Below are positions 36,164 through 44,599 of a stretch of DNA of 44,599 bases, piece after piece. Made by a program: the position numbers and the translations under genes. Below the pieces are notes generated by a model. The model was not told the DNA's origin and did no database searches. It worked only from the letters and a program-made list of their open reading frames with translations. Position 1 is the first letter of the stretch. Each line of letters starts with the position of its first letter. The DNA is from Phycisphaerales bacterium (GTDB lineage Bacteria > Planctomycetota > Phycisphaerae > Phycisphaerales > UBA1924): the NCBI GenBank assembly GCA_015492715.1, contig WGEO01000154.1, positions 1-44,599 of the forward strand. Direction: 5' to 3'.

Positions 36164-39100
36164 TCATGCCGAGCGAGGCTCGCTGTCGTCTGCCACGGGA
36201 TCCTTGCGTCTGCTCCAGACCAGCGGCGCGGCCACCGCGATGGACGAGTAGGTACCCACGATCACGCCCATGACGAGCGCGAAGCTGAAGGCCCGCACGC
36301 CGTCACCCCCGAAGATGTAGAGGATCAGGGCCGTCAGCAGCGTCGTGCCGGAGGTGATGACGGTTCGGCTGATGGTCTCGTTGATCGAGCGGTTGATGAC
36401 CTCGCCGGTGGCGTAGGGAAGTTTTCCGCGGTTCTCGCGGATTCGGTCCATGACGATGATCGTGTCGTTGAGGCTGTAGCCGATGATGGTCAGGATCGCC
36501 GCGACCATGTTCAGGTCGATCTTGAACGGCTGGATCCCGATGGCCCGCACGGCGTCGCTCGTGGCGGCCCAGTCATACAGGATCTCGGCCAGGGCGATCA
36601 GCCCGATCACGGTCAGCACATCGTGCAGCAGGCAGGCCATGGCCGCCAGCGAGTACCGCATGTTCCCGAATCGCACCCAGATGTAGATCGTGATGAACAG
36701 GAAACTGAGCACGACGGCGGCGATCGCCCGTCCCTTGAAGGTCTCGGCGATGGCAGAGCTGAACTGATCGACCTGCGCGAGCGTGGTGACGCGTTCGAGC
36801 GCCTCACGCACCAGTTGCCATTCCTCGAGGGCGAACTCGTTGCGCCACGCGCCGGGATCGACCGAGAACTCCAGCTCCGGGTCAGCGATGATGAGTGCCG
36901 CGGTGTGCACCGCGTCGGCGCTGCCTTCCAGCAGCAGCAACTCACGCGGGCGGGCGAGCGTCTCGGGACGGGCGCTCTGGCGGTAGGTCTCGAGCTTGAT
37001 CCGCAGATCCTCGAGCGTGGGCGCAGGCTGGAGGTCCTCGATGAGCACGATCACGCCGTCGATGTAGTTGCGGAAGGTCCGCCCGTCGCCCAGCGTATAT
37101 CGAACCCGCATCTGTGGATCGGGGAAGTTCTCGCTGAACTCGGCGCTGACGACCGGGAAGACGCGAGGCTCGGCCTCCGGATTGCTCCCGGCAAAGAGGA
37201 TCCGCGGCTTCTCGTCCAGGGCGTCTGCGAACTCCTCGCTCATCGCCGACTTGATCAGGTCCGCATCCTCGACGCTCGTGCGAACCTGGAACTGGTCCGA
37301 GACGGTGCCGCCTTCTTCCGGATCCAGCGGGATGACCTCGGCGGATCGCAGGTTCACGAGGATGTCGTCGTCGGGATCGTCGTTGGTGTCGGCCCGGGTC
37401 GGGATGCTCTCCGTGACACGCCTGCGGACCTCCTCGAGCTCCATCGTCAGGCGCCGGCCCGGCTCGATTTCCTTGAAGGTCAGCGTGATCTTGGTCCCGC
37501 CCGTGAACTCCGTGTCGAGCATCTTGCTGCCCTGGCTGAACACCATGAACAGCCCGAGCGAGACATAGCAGGTGCTGATGCCGACGAAGATCCAGCGCAG
37601 GCTCAGCCAGTTGATGTTGGGAGAAAGCGCACGCTCGATCGCCGGGATGACCGTCGGCAGCATGCGGATCTTCCGCCAGTGGGCGTAGTGGATGAGCCAG
37701 TCGAAGATGAGGCGTGCAATGACCAGAGCGCTGAACATGGTCGCCACGACGCCGATACCCAGCGTGATCGCAAAGCCCTTGACCTCCTGCGTGCTCACGC
37801 CCGGTAGGGCCAGCACGATGCAGACGATCAGGTTGGTCACATTGCCGTCGACGATCGAACTCAGCGCCTTCTGGAAACCGAGGCGCACGGCTGTCCTGGC
37901 ATCGGCGCCCGCCCGCAGTTCTTCGCGGATGCGCTCGTAGATCAGCACATTCGCGTCCACGGCCATACCGAAGGTCAGCACGATGCCCGCGATGCCCGGC
38001 AGCGTCAGGGCCGCACGATTCAGGCTCAGCGCCCCCAGGATGATGATCGCATTACAAGCGAGCGCCACGACGGCGATGAGACCGCACCGGAAGTAGTAGA
38101 TCACCATGAACGCGCTGACGGCGATGAGCGCCGCCACACCCGCGACGAGTCCCTTGCGGAGGTTGTCGGCCCCCAACTCGGGACCGACGGTGTTTTCGCT
38201 GATGGGATCGGGGCTCAGCTTCGCCTGCAGGCTGCCGGCACTGAGCACCTTGATCACATAGTCGATCTCTTCCGGACTGAACTCACCATCGATAATGCCG
38301 CTCCGGCTGATCCGGCTGTTCAGACGCGGCGCCGTATAGACCTGGTCATCCAGGAGCACCGCCATGTTGTCGCCGACATGGTCCCCCGTCAGACGCCCCA
38401 GCAGCGCCGCACCCGCGGCGTCCATCACGAACGAGATCGCCGGACGCCCGATGCTGTCCACGCCCTGAAACGCGCTGGCAACGCCCCATTCGCCCGCGTC
38501 CTGCCCCTGCACAAGACGCGTGCGCGGAGTGTCCCAGCACAGGATCCAGAACTCGCCCTCGAACTCCTCGACGACGAATCCGTCCTCGCCGTAGTTCTCG
38601 AAGTAGGTTCGCGGGTCCTCGTACAGGCGCTGCTCGCTGGCCAGATCGTCGTACCAACTCTCGATCTTGTTGATCTTGTACCAGCGGGCGTCGCTCGTGC
38701 CTGCGCGTTGCGGCCCCTCTTCCTGCAGACGCCGACGGAGGTCCTGGATCTCCTGGAGCGGCTTGCTCGCCGCCGTGCCTCCCTTGGCGTCCACCGTGAT
38801 CCGGAAACTCAGCTGCCCGCTTGCCCGAAGAAGTCGCTTCAGATCCGACGGGTCGTCGAGCGTGGTTCGCTTGGCCAGATAGGCATCATGGCGTGCGACG
38901 ACCTCATCGATCAGATCGGCGACCTCAGGATATTTCTCCTTCAGACTCTCGATCGCACGCTGGCGGGGGCTGGGTGCCTCGACACGCTTGCGCTGCACCG
39001 GGTCCCAGAGCATCCGCCCGCGGTTGGGCTTCTCCAGCGCCTGCCGAACCTCGTTCTTGTCGGGCGTCGCGTTGAGCACCGCGAGGATCGCCCGATCGCG

Positions 39101-39682
39101 AGCCCGCAGTGCGGGAAGTTCGGCCATCGCCGCCTCGATCGCCTCGCTGCTCTCGGGGCCGAACTCACGCTCGGCCTCATCGGTCTTGGCCTTCAGCAAC
39201 TCGTAGGCGTCTTGGGCCTCGGCCGCGACGAGCAGAAGGTTCAGGCGCCGCTCGCTGCCACCGGAAAGTTGCTCCAGTCGCGCCCGTCGCTCGTCGCCAT
39301 CCAGACGCAGGGCCTCGAGCACCTCGCTTCGCGTCAGGCTGACCGTCGCAAACTTGTCCAGCGCTTCCTCGAACTGGCGCTTGAGCTCCTGCATCTCCCG
39401 GCTGGGGAGCGGCATCGTGATCTCGAGGCGATCCCGCCCCTGCGGCACGATCGAGATCTCATACAGCCCGTTCGGATCGACACGCTCCTTGAGCACCTCG
39501 ATCGTGTTGGTCACGACGCTCTTGGCATCCTCGCCCGGCTCGATCTCCAACTGATAGACGAGCGTCGTCCCGCCACGCAGGTCCTTGCCCAGGCGGATCT
39601 TCTTCTCCGGCGGGATCAGCGACCATACGAAGACCGCCAGCAGGATGACGATGAAGAAAGTTCGGCGCCCGATGTTCTGCAT
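36164..39682 (-). CDS. secDF: Fused protein-export membrane protein SecDF (1172 aa)
   Basis: The SecD TM bundle is ...GIAGIVLTFGMAVDANVLIYERIREE.... A SecF half follows (...DTEFTGGTK... then ...IGYSLNDTIIVMDRIREN...). Both periplasmic domains carry large insertions. Confidence 0.95.
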   Translation of the reverse strand: MQNIGRRTFFIVILLAVFVWSLIPPEKKIRLGKDLRGGTTLVYQLEIEPGEDAKSVVTNTIEVLKERVDPNGLYEISIVPQGRDRLEITMPLPSREMQELKRQFEEALDKFATVSLTRSEVLEALRLDGDERRARLEQLSGGSERRLNLLLVAAEAQDAYELLKAKTDEAEREFGPESSEAIEAAMAELPALRARDRAILAVLNATPDKNEVRQALEKPNRGRMLWDPVQRKRVEAPSPRQRAIESLKEKYPEVADLIDEVVARHDAYLAKRTTLDDPSDLKRLLRASGQLSFRITVDAKGGTAASKPLQEIQDLRRRLQEEGPQRAGTSDARWYKINKIESWYDDLASEQRLYEDPRTYFENYGEDGFVVEEFEGEFWILCWDTPRTRLVQGQDAGEWGVASAFQGVDSIGRPAISFVMDAAGAALLGRLTGDHVGDNMAVLLDDQVYTAPRLNSRISRSGIIDGEFSPEEIDYVIKVLSAGSLQAKLSPDPISENTVGPELGADNLRKGLVAGVAALIAVSAFMVIYYFRCGLIAVVALACNAIIILGALSLNRAALTLPGIAGIVLTFGMAVDANVLIYERIREELRAGADARTAVRLGFQKALSSIVDGNVTNLIVCIVLALPGVSTQEVKGFAITLGIGVVATMFSALVIARLIFDWLIHYAHWRKIRMLPTVIPAIERALSPNINWLSLRWIFVGISTCYVSLGLFMVFSQGSKMLDTEFTGGTKITLTFKEIEPGRRLTMELEEVRRRVTESIPTRADTNDDPDDDILVNLRSAEVIPLDPEEGGTVSDQFQVRTSVEDADLIKSAMSEEFADALDEKPRILFAGSNPEAEPRVFPVVSAEFSENFPDPQMRVRYTLGDGRTFRNYIDGVIVLIEDLQPAPTLEDLRIKLETYRQSARPETLARPRELLLLEGSADAVHTAALIIADPELEFSVDPGAWRNEFALEEWQLVREALERVTTLAQVDQFSSAIAETFKGRAIAAVVLSFLFITIYIWVRFGNMRYSLAAMACLLHDVLTVIGLIALAEILYDWAATSDAVRAIGIQPFKIDLNMVAAILTIIGYSLNDTIIVMDRIRENRGKLPYATGEVINRSINETISRTVITSGTTLLTALILYIFGGDGVRAFSFALVMGVIVGTYSSIAVAAPLVWSRRKDPVADDSEPRSA

Positions 39683-39748
39683 GCAGATTCCCGATCCTCT
39701 GGGGCAATTCCCCGTCCTACGCCTCGACGGGCCTCAACCATAGGGCGA

Positions 39749-40174
39749 TCAGCGTCCGGGAGGGACCTCCACCGGCGGCTTGTCCTGTCCGCCCGCATGC
39801 GAACGCAGGACATGGGCCACAGCGCTTCGGGCGATCTTGAAGCGGGCGTCGTCGCTCTTGATCGTCACTTCCCGGTCCTTGACCTCCACGATCGTGCCGA
39901 TGATGCCCCCTGTCGTCTGCACCCGGTCGTTCTTGGCCAGCGACGCCAGCATCTGATCCCGCTGCTTCTTCTGCTTGCGACCCGACAGGGCCATCATCAG
40001 AAACATCAGGATCATCACCCCGAACACGATGATCGGGAAACTCCAACTCCCCGCGGGCGGCGGCTGCTGCCCCGCACCTCCCGGCACAGGACCGCCCGGT
40101 GCCACTTCCCCCCCTCCGCCCTGCACGGGCGTGCCCAACTGAGCCAGATACCCCACAAAGACCGAATCTGCCAT
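39749..40174 (-). CDS. yajC: Preprotein translocase subunit YajC
   Basis: 141 aa with a Gly/Pro-rich N-terminus, then the TM segment FPIIVFGVMILMFLMM, followed by ...RKQKKQRDQMLASLAKNDRVQTTGGIIGTIVEV.... It sits in the conserved position between tgt and secD. Confidence 0.9.
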   Translation of the reverse strand: MADSVFVGYLAQLGTPVQGGGGEVAPGGPVPGGAGQQPPPAGSWSFPIIVFGVMILMFLMMALSGRKQKKQRDQMLASLAKNDRVQTTGGIIGTIVEVKDREVTIKSDDARFKIARSAVAHVLRSHAGGQDKPPVEVPPGR

Positions 40175-40211
40175 GCGTATCTTCCTCTATGACGGTCGTC
40201 GATCCTGGCCT

Positions 40212-41513
40212 TCAGGCCCCCGACGATCCGCCATTGTTGGGCGCTCCCGGCGCATTGTCGCCCCCATAGGAGAACCACTCGTGGACACCGGCCTCCGCCA
40301 CGGGCCACCGCCGGCACAGCCCATCCCAGTCACCTGACCCGATCGTCTCCCGAACATCTGCCATGAATCGCTGGAAATGACGCAGATTGTGCAGGCTGAC
40401 GAGGATCGGCCCCAGCATCTCATCACTCATGAACAGATGACGCAGGTACGCCCGTGAGATCGCCCTCCCGCCCGGCGTCTGCCAGCCGTGCCGCACCGGA
40501 TCGCACGCAGGACAGTCGCATCCGGGTTCGATCGGCTCGGGATCGTCTCGAAACCGGCTGTTGCGAAGGCGGATCTGCCCACTGCGTGTGAAGGCGTTGG
40601 CATTGCGTCCGTTGCGAGTCGGCAGCACGCAGTCGAACATGTCGCATCCGCTGAGCACCGCGCTGACGAGGTCACGCTCATAGCCGACACCCATCAGATA
40701 CCGCGGGCGATCCTCAGGAAGGCGCGGCCCGCAGAACCGGACCACCCGGGCGATGTCCTCGCTCTCCTCTCCGACCGCAACCCCGCCGATGGCATACCCG
40801 GGCAGGTCGATGCCGCAGACCTGCTCGATCGAGCGAGCCCGCCGATCCAGGTCCGTGCCTCCCTGCACGATGCCGAAGAGCGCCTGATCGTGCGGGCGAG
40901 CGTGGGCACGCGTGCAGCGCTCGAGCCAGCGAGCCGTTCGATCCAGGGCCAGATCCAGACGGGACTCGTGGTCGTATCCCCGCCGCGAGGCGTCCCGCGC
41001 CGCAGCATGACGCAGACGGGCCTGGTTCACACTTCCGTCCATGGGATCCTTGGACGGCGGGCAGTCGTCGAACGCCATGATGATGTCGGCCCCGAGCAGA
41101 TTCTGGACCTCGATCGCCCGCTCCGGAGTCAGGCAGACCCGCGACCCGTCGACGATCGAGCGGAAGGTCACGCCGTCGTCGTCGATCGCATTGATGTCCG
41201 CCATCGAATAGGCCTGATAACCGCCCGAGTCCGTCAGAATGGGCCCGTCCCAGCCCATGAAACCGTGCACTCCCCCGAGGCGTGCGATCAGCTCGGCCCC
41301 CGGACGCAGCATCAGGTGGTAGGTGTTGTTCAGAAGGATCTGGGCCCCCGTGCCCGCAACCATCGACGGGAGCACGCCCTTGACCGTGCCCCGCGTGCCC
41401 ACCGGCATGAACGCGGGCGTCTCGAATGCCCCGTGCGGCGTGTGCACGACGCCCCGGCGCGCACACGATCGCGCATCACGACCCAGAACCTCGAATCGAA
41501 GCGGACTCGCCAT
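40212..41513 (-). CDS. tgt: Queuine tRNA-ribosyltransferase (tRNA-guanine transglycosylase)
   Basis: 433 aa with ...HGAFETPAFMPVGTRGTVKG..., ...ILTDSGGYQ... and the zinc site CDCPAC...H. A C-terminal extension is present. Confidence 0.96.
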   Translation of the reverse strand: MASPLRFEVLGRDARSCARRGVVHTPHGAFETPAFMPVGTRGTVKGVLPSMVAGTGAQILLNNTYHLMLRPGAELIARLGGVHGFMGWDGPILTDSGGYQAYSMADINAIDDDGVTFRSIVDGSRVCLTPERAIEVQNLLGADIIMAFDDCPPSKDPMDGSVNQARLRHAAARDASRRGYDHESRLDLALDRTARWLERCTRAHARPHDQALFGIVQGGTDLDRRARSIEQVCGIDLPGYAIGGVAVGEESEDIARVVRFCGPRLPEDRPRYLMGVGYERDLVSAVLSGCDMFDCVLPTRNGRNANAFTRSGQIRLRNSRFRDDPEPIEPGCDCPACDPVRHGWQTPGGRAISRAYLRHLFMSDEMLGPILVSLHNLRHFQRFMADVRETIGSGDWDGLCRRWPVAEAGVHEWFSYGGDNAPGAPNNGGSSGA

Positions 41514-41519
41514 GAAGCC

Positions 41520-42506
41520 TCAGCGACCCTGCCTGCGTGATTCCGTCTCGCGCCGGAGCAGATCCTTCTCACGCCTCGTCAGGCTGCCCAGCCCCTGCGT
41601 GGCAACCTTCGCCAGAATGCGGTCGATCTCCTCCTGAGAAGGCGGTGCGGGTTGCCCTCGGCGCGGCCCAGCACGCCCTGGCGCCTGTGTCCGCCCCCGC
41701 CTGCCGGGCGTCCGCGAGCCGAGAAAGTCGAAGAACCCGTGCAGCAGATGGCTGTGGCGGATGAAGTAAGCCCCGGCGATTGCCCCTCCCAGGTGCGCCG
41801 CATCGCCCCCCGCGTTGGCGCCGCCCATCAGCAGATTCAGCGCCGCCACGCCCACATACGCATACGCGAAGATCTTCAGGGGCAGGGGAATGGGCGGGAA
41901 CAGCAGCATGATCATGGCATTCGGAGCGAGGTAGGCGCACGCCATGATCACGCCGAACACACCTGCGCTTGCGCCGACCAGGGGCGTCCGAGGGTCGTTG
42001 GGAAGGACCCCCGGAAAACTGAGCCCCGCCTGCCCCAGCAGATTCAGGATGACATAGGCCAGCCCGCCGCAGATCCCGCAGAGCAAATAGAAAGCCAGAT
42101 AGCGCCTGCGCCCCAGGTACTGTTCAACCATCCCGCCGAAGACATACAGCCCGAACATGTTGAAGAACAGGTGCAGGAAGTTGGCGTGCAGAAACTGAAA
42201 GGTCAGCAGACGCCACACCTCGAGGTTCAGGTAGACCACATTGTTGGCCTTGTAGAAGAACGCCTCGGCGGTCGAAAAATGCCCGTACCAAGTCAGCGCA
42301 TCGACCGCGGGCATCTTGAAGACCTCGAAGACCTTGGGTCCTTTGACCTCCGGTACGATCCGGAGCGCCTGGACCAGAAACACGGCCGAGTTGATGATGA
42401 TCAGCCAAGTATTGACGCTCAGGCCCTGCATGGGAGGACGGACTCGCTGTCCGGGCTGGTACCCGCTCGCCCCCTCGCGGTAGTAGTGTCGGTCTGACAG
42501 TCCCAT
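41520..42506 (-). CDS. Rhomboid family intramembrane serine protease with a conserved C-terminal tail
   Basis: 328 aa from an ATG after GAAGGGGG. It has the catalytic motif GASAGVFG and the downstream AHLGGAIAG. The C-terminal tail is QEEIDRILAKVATQGLGSLTRREKDLLRRETESRR. Its stop lies 6 nt before the tgt start. Confidence 0.92.
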   Translation of the reverse strand: MGLSDRHYYREGASGYQPGQRVRPPMQGLSVNTWLIIINSAVFLVQALRIVPEVKGPKVFEVFKMPAVDALTWYGHFSTAEAFFYKANNVVYLNLEVWRLLTFQFLHANFLHLFFNMFGLYVFGGMVEQYLGRRRYLAFYLLCGICGGLAYVILNLLGQAGLSFPGVLPNDPRTPLVGASAGVFGVIMACAYLAPNAMIMLLFPPIPLPLKIFAYAYVGVAALNLLMGGANAGGDAAHLGGAIAGAYFIRHSHLLHGFFDFLGSRTPGRRGRTQAPGRAGPRRGQPAPPSQEEIDRILAKVATQGLGSLTRREKDLLRRETESRRQGR

Positions 42507-42571
42507 ACGCCCCCTTCGTGGAGATTTGGTCCGACGGATTCTGCGAATATAGGGTGATCCAAGCCCGATCG

Positions 42572-43600
42572 TCAGCCCTGCGTCCTCCGTCGGCGGGCCG
42601 TCTCACGCCGCAGCACCCGGCGCTCGCGTGCCGTGAGGCTGTCCATGCCGGTGTCGGCGATCTTCGCCAGGATGCGATCCAGTTCCCGCTGAAGCCGCTC
42701 CTGTTTCGGTCTCGTTCGATCCCTGCGCGGATCGAGTTCGTCATCGCGGATCCGATCCGGATGCTCGAACGCCGCCGACAGATCGATCGCGGGCCCTCCC
42801 AGTTCATCGACCGCATCGAGCCGCCGCCGCTCGATCCAGCAGACGATGCCCGCGAAGATCGCGATCCCCATCAGCATCGTCTGGCTGGCCACCATCGCCA
42901 CCACGAGCACACAGACGGCACACACCAGCCCGACGGTCGTGCTGATACGCAGCGATGGCTCGCGCCCTGCCCGCATCCACACGAGGGCCTGCACGATCCG
43001 GCCGCCGTCGAGCGGAAACATGGGCAGCAGCACATTGAATCCGAGCAGCACGAGGTTGAGATAGTGCACCCACCACACCGCGATCAGCGTCCACAGGGCC
43101 CGGTTCGTCGGAGCGTTCATCTGCGCGATCGTCTCGCCCGGAGCGAACGGGTTGAAGATGATCTCCGACACGCCACCGCCGGCAAAGAGCACCCCCACCG
43201 TTGTGGGCACGATCAGCAGGACATTGACCGCCGGTCCGCCCAGCGTCGTGATCAGGTGGGCACGCGGGGTCTCCGGGGGCATGCACGAGGCCAGCCCGCC
43301 CAGCGGCCACATGAGGATCTCGTCCGCCTCGCCCCCGACGGACCGGCAGGCGATGCAATGCCCGTACTCGTGCAGGAGCACGATGACAAACAACGCCCCC
43401 ATCGCAAGGGCCATGAACCCGATGCCCATCGTCTGGGGTGTCAGGAGTGCGTAGATCAACTCGGCGATCACGAAGATGACGAAGACCACATGGACCCGGA
43501 CCCGGATCCCCCAGGCCCGGTACAACGGAACGGCCCACGACAGCGGATCGTCGCTGAAGGCCCGCCCGAGCGCATCGCGAAAGCCGCCCGAACCGGTCAC
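42572..43600 (-). CDS. M50 site-2 protease family zinc metalloprotease (no PDZ domain) with the same C-terminal tail
   Basis: 342 aa from GTG 43600, overlapping the nudix TGA as GTGA. It has HEYGH in LLHEYGHCIA and NVLLPMFPLDGG. The C-terminal tail is QRELDRILAKIADTGMDSLTARERRVLRRETARRR. Confidence 0.9.
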   Translation of the reverse strand: MTGSGGFRDALGRAFSDDPLSWAVPLYRAWGIRVRVHVVFVIFVIAELIYALLTPQTMGIGFMALAMGALFVIVLLHEYGHCIACRSVGGEADEILMWPLGGLASCMPPETPRAHLITTLGGPAVNVLLIVPTTVGVLFAGGGVSEIIFNPFAPGETIAQMNAPTNRALWTLIAVWWVHYLNLVLLGFNVLLPMFPLDGGRIVQALVWMRAGREPSLRISTTVGLVCAVCVLVVAMVASQTMLMGIAIFAGIVCWIERRRLDAVDELGGPAIDLSAAFEHPDRIRDDELDPRRDRTRPKQERLQRELDRILAKIADTGMDSLTARERRVLRRETARRRRTQG

Positions 43601-44181
43601 GGAGCACCCTCCGCCAATGCGAGTTTCCCCTGCGCATGGGCCAGCAGAATCGTCAGGGCGCTCTTGGCGTCCTCGATCTCTCCCCTGCGGGCCATGTCCA
43701 GGCACGAATCGACCGGGATCGAGCGCACGATCAGGTCCTCGTCATCCTCGGGGCGGGCACCGACCTGCCGAAGGTCTTGCGCGAGGAACAGGTACATCCG
43801 CTCGTCGGTCAGCCCGGGGCTGGTCAGGACCTCCCCCAGCCGCTCGATCCGCCCGGCCTCATAGCCCGTCTCTTCGATGAGCTCTCTATGAGCACAGCGA
43901 CTCGGGTCCTCGCCCTCGTCCAGTTTGCCCGCCGGGAGCTCCAGAACCCGCCGATCGACGCTCGCCCGGTAGTTCTCGACAAACACGACCCGAGGCTCCG
44001 GATCAGAAGTCAGTGCCAGGATCGTCACCGCCCCGGGATGGCGGACGATCTGGTTCGTGTATGCCCCGTCGGGACTCCTGACCTGGAGTTCGACGAAGGA
44101 AAAAGCGTGCCCACGGGCCAGCACGCGCTCGGACACGATACGGTGTAACGGGGCGGAGAGTTGAGCGTTCCGGTCATCCAT
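43597..44181 (-). CDS. NUDIX hydrolase (ADP-ribose pyrophosphatase-like)
   Basis: 194 aa. The Nudix box is AGKLDEGEDPSRCAHRELIEETGY. Confidence 0.9.
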   Translation of the reverse strand: MDDRNAQLSAPLHRIVSERVLARGHAFSFVELQVRSPDGAYTNQIVRHPGAVTILALTSDPEPRVVFVENYRASVDRRVLELPAGKLDEGEDPSRCAHRELIEETGYEAGRIERLGEVLTSPGLTDERMYLFLAQDLRQVGARPEDDEDLIVRSIPVDSCLDMARRGEIEDAKSALTILLAHAQGKLALAEGAP

Positions 44182-44350
44182 CCATGGATCCTACAGCCGG
44201 GACATCGCCTCGCTGCCGACTGTAGCGCTCGACAAGCCCAGACACATGGGAAGCCTCGGCGGCTGCTCTCGAGCCCGAGATTGGTCCGCCAAGATGGTTC
44301 GCGGTGGGATGCCACCGGTTGTGCCGAGAGCCTCGCCATACAAGCATGCC

Positions 44351-44394
44351 GCATACGAAGACAACCGCCCGGCAATCACCGGGCGGTCGTATGC
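44351..44394 (-). terminator. GC-rich hairpin downstream of the PEP-CTERM gene (candidate terminator, no U-tract)
   Basis: ACCGCCCGG (44364-44372) pairs with CCGGGCGGT (44379-44387) around a 6-nt loop. The stem is extended by GCATACG (44351-44357) pairing with CGTATGC (44388-44394) across a 6-nt bulge. The hairpin lies 29 nt past the stop at 44423. Confidence 0.35.
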
Positions 44395-44422
44395 ACAGAT
44401 ATCACAGACTGTCGCGTGCCGA

Positions 44423-44599
44423 TCAGCGACGGCGACGGGCAGCGGCAAGACCGCCGAGCCCCAGCAGCGCCAGCGAAGCAGGCGCGGGCACGACCGTCAC
44501 CTTGTAGAACGCCGTCTCGGGCAGACCCGTGGTCGCCTCGTCGCCGGCGTCCTTCTGACCGGCGAACACGCCGTTGATGTTGAGCACGGTGGTGCCGGA
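44423..44599 (-). CDS. C-terminal fragment of a PEP-CTERM sorting-domain protein (5' end beyond the window)
   Basis: This ORF is not in the track because it has no start in the window. The reverse strand, in frame with the window end, reads SGTTVLNINGVFAGQKDAGDEATTGLPETAFYKVTVVPAPASLALLGLGGLAAARRRR*. That is a VPAP-type PEP motif, then a hydrophobic helix, then an Arg cluster and the stop (TGA at 44425-44423). Confidence 0.7.
   Translation of the reverse strand, partial: SGTTVLNINGVFAGQKDAGDEATTGLPETAFYKVTVVPAPASLALLGLGGLAAARRRR

Noticed and set aside
36014-40192. Plus-strand ORFs of 597 aa (36014-37807) and 604 aa (38378-40192) opposite secDF and yajC
   Set aside because: They lie antisense to an unmistakable SecDF/YajC. 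Their composition is low-complexity Arg/Asp/His/Leu-rich with no recognisable domains. They are shadow ORFs.
42518-43864. A 448-aa plus-strand ORF opposite the M50 protease and nudix genes
   Set aside because: It lies antisense to two motif-bearing genes (HEYGH and the Nudix box). It is His/Arg/Asp/Pro-rich with no domain signature.

Overview
High-GC (about 65-68% by eye), very gene-dense bacterial contig end with roughly 57 CDS. I found no rRNA, tRNA, CRISPR array, transposase, integrase or phage genes. The gene content (PEP-CTERM tail, HDOD protein, LpxI, fused oversized SecDF, many small zinc-ribbon proteins) suggests a Planctomycetota-like MAG, but that is a low-confidence guess. Bases 1-13 are a leftover Nextera/Tn5 adapter, so the window starts at an assembly end. 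Positions 61-11536 (minus strand) hold a complete S10-spc ribosomal protein cluster, rpsJ through secY. It has no L30 gene, a short S14 with a degenerate zinc motif, a uL22 with an N-terminal HTH-like extension, and an unusual 253-nt spacer between rplC and rplD. The rest is mostly housekeeping: cdsA, purA-uppS, tlyA-like methyltransferase, lpxI, an ArsP/DUF318-type permease, thiE, a pgl-like gene, an RluA-family synthase, hemW, FHA and zinc-ribbon proteins, an ArnT/PMT-like glycosyltransferase, ruvB, an M16 peptidase, an HDOD/degenerate-GGDEF protein, recO, thpR, a globin, two sugar-nucleotide SDR enzymes and a LysM protein. A long minus-strand run reads nudix, M50 protease, rhomboid, tgt, yajC, secDF. 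I do not see a self-contained novel multi-gene system such as a defence or secretion island. The most interesting leads are: (1) the adjacent rhomboid and M50 site-2 proteases share a nearly identical C-terminal tail; (2) the HTH-uL22 fusion; (3) an orphan hotdog-ACP-hotdog cassette whose ACP carries a large insertion; (4) the structured rplC-rplD spacer. The many long ORFs antisense to real genes are high-GC shadow ORFs and are rejected.
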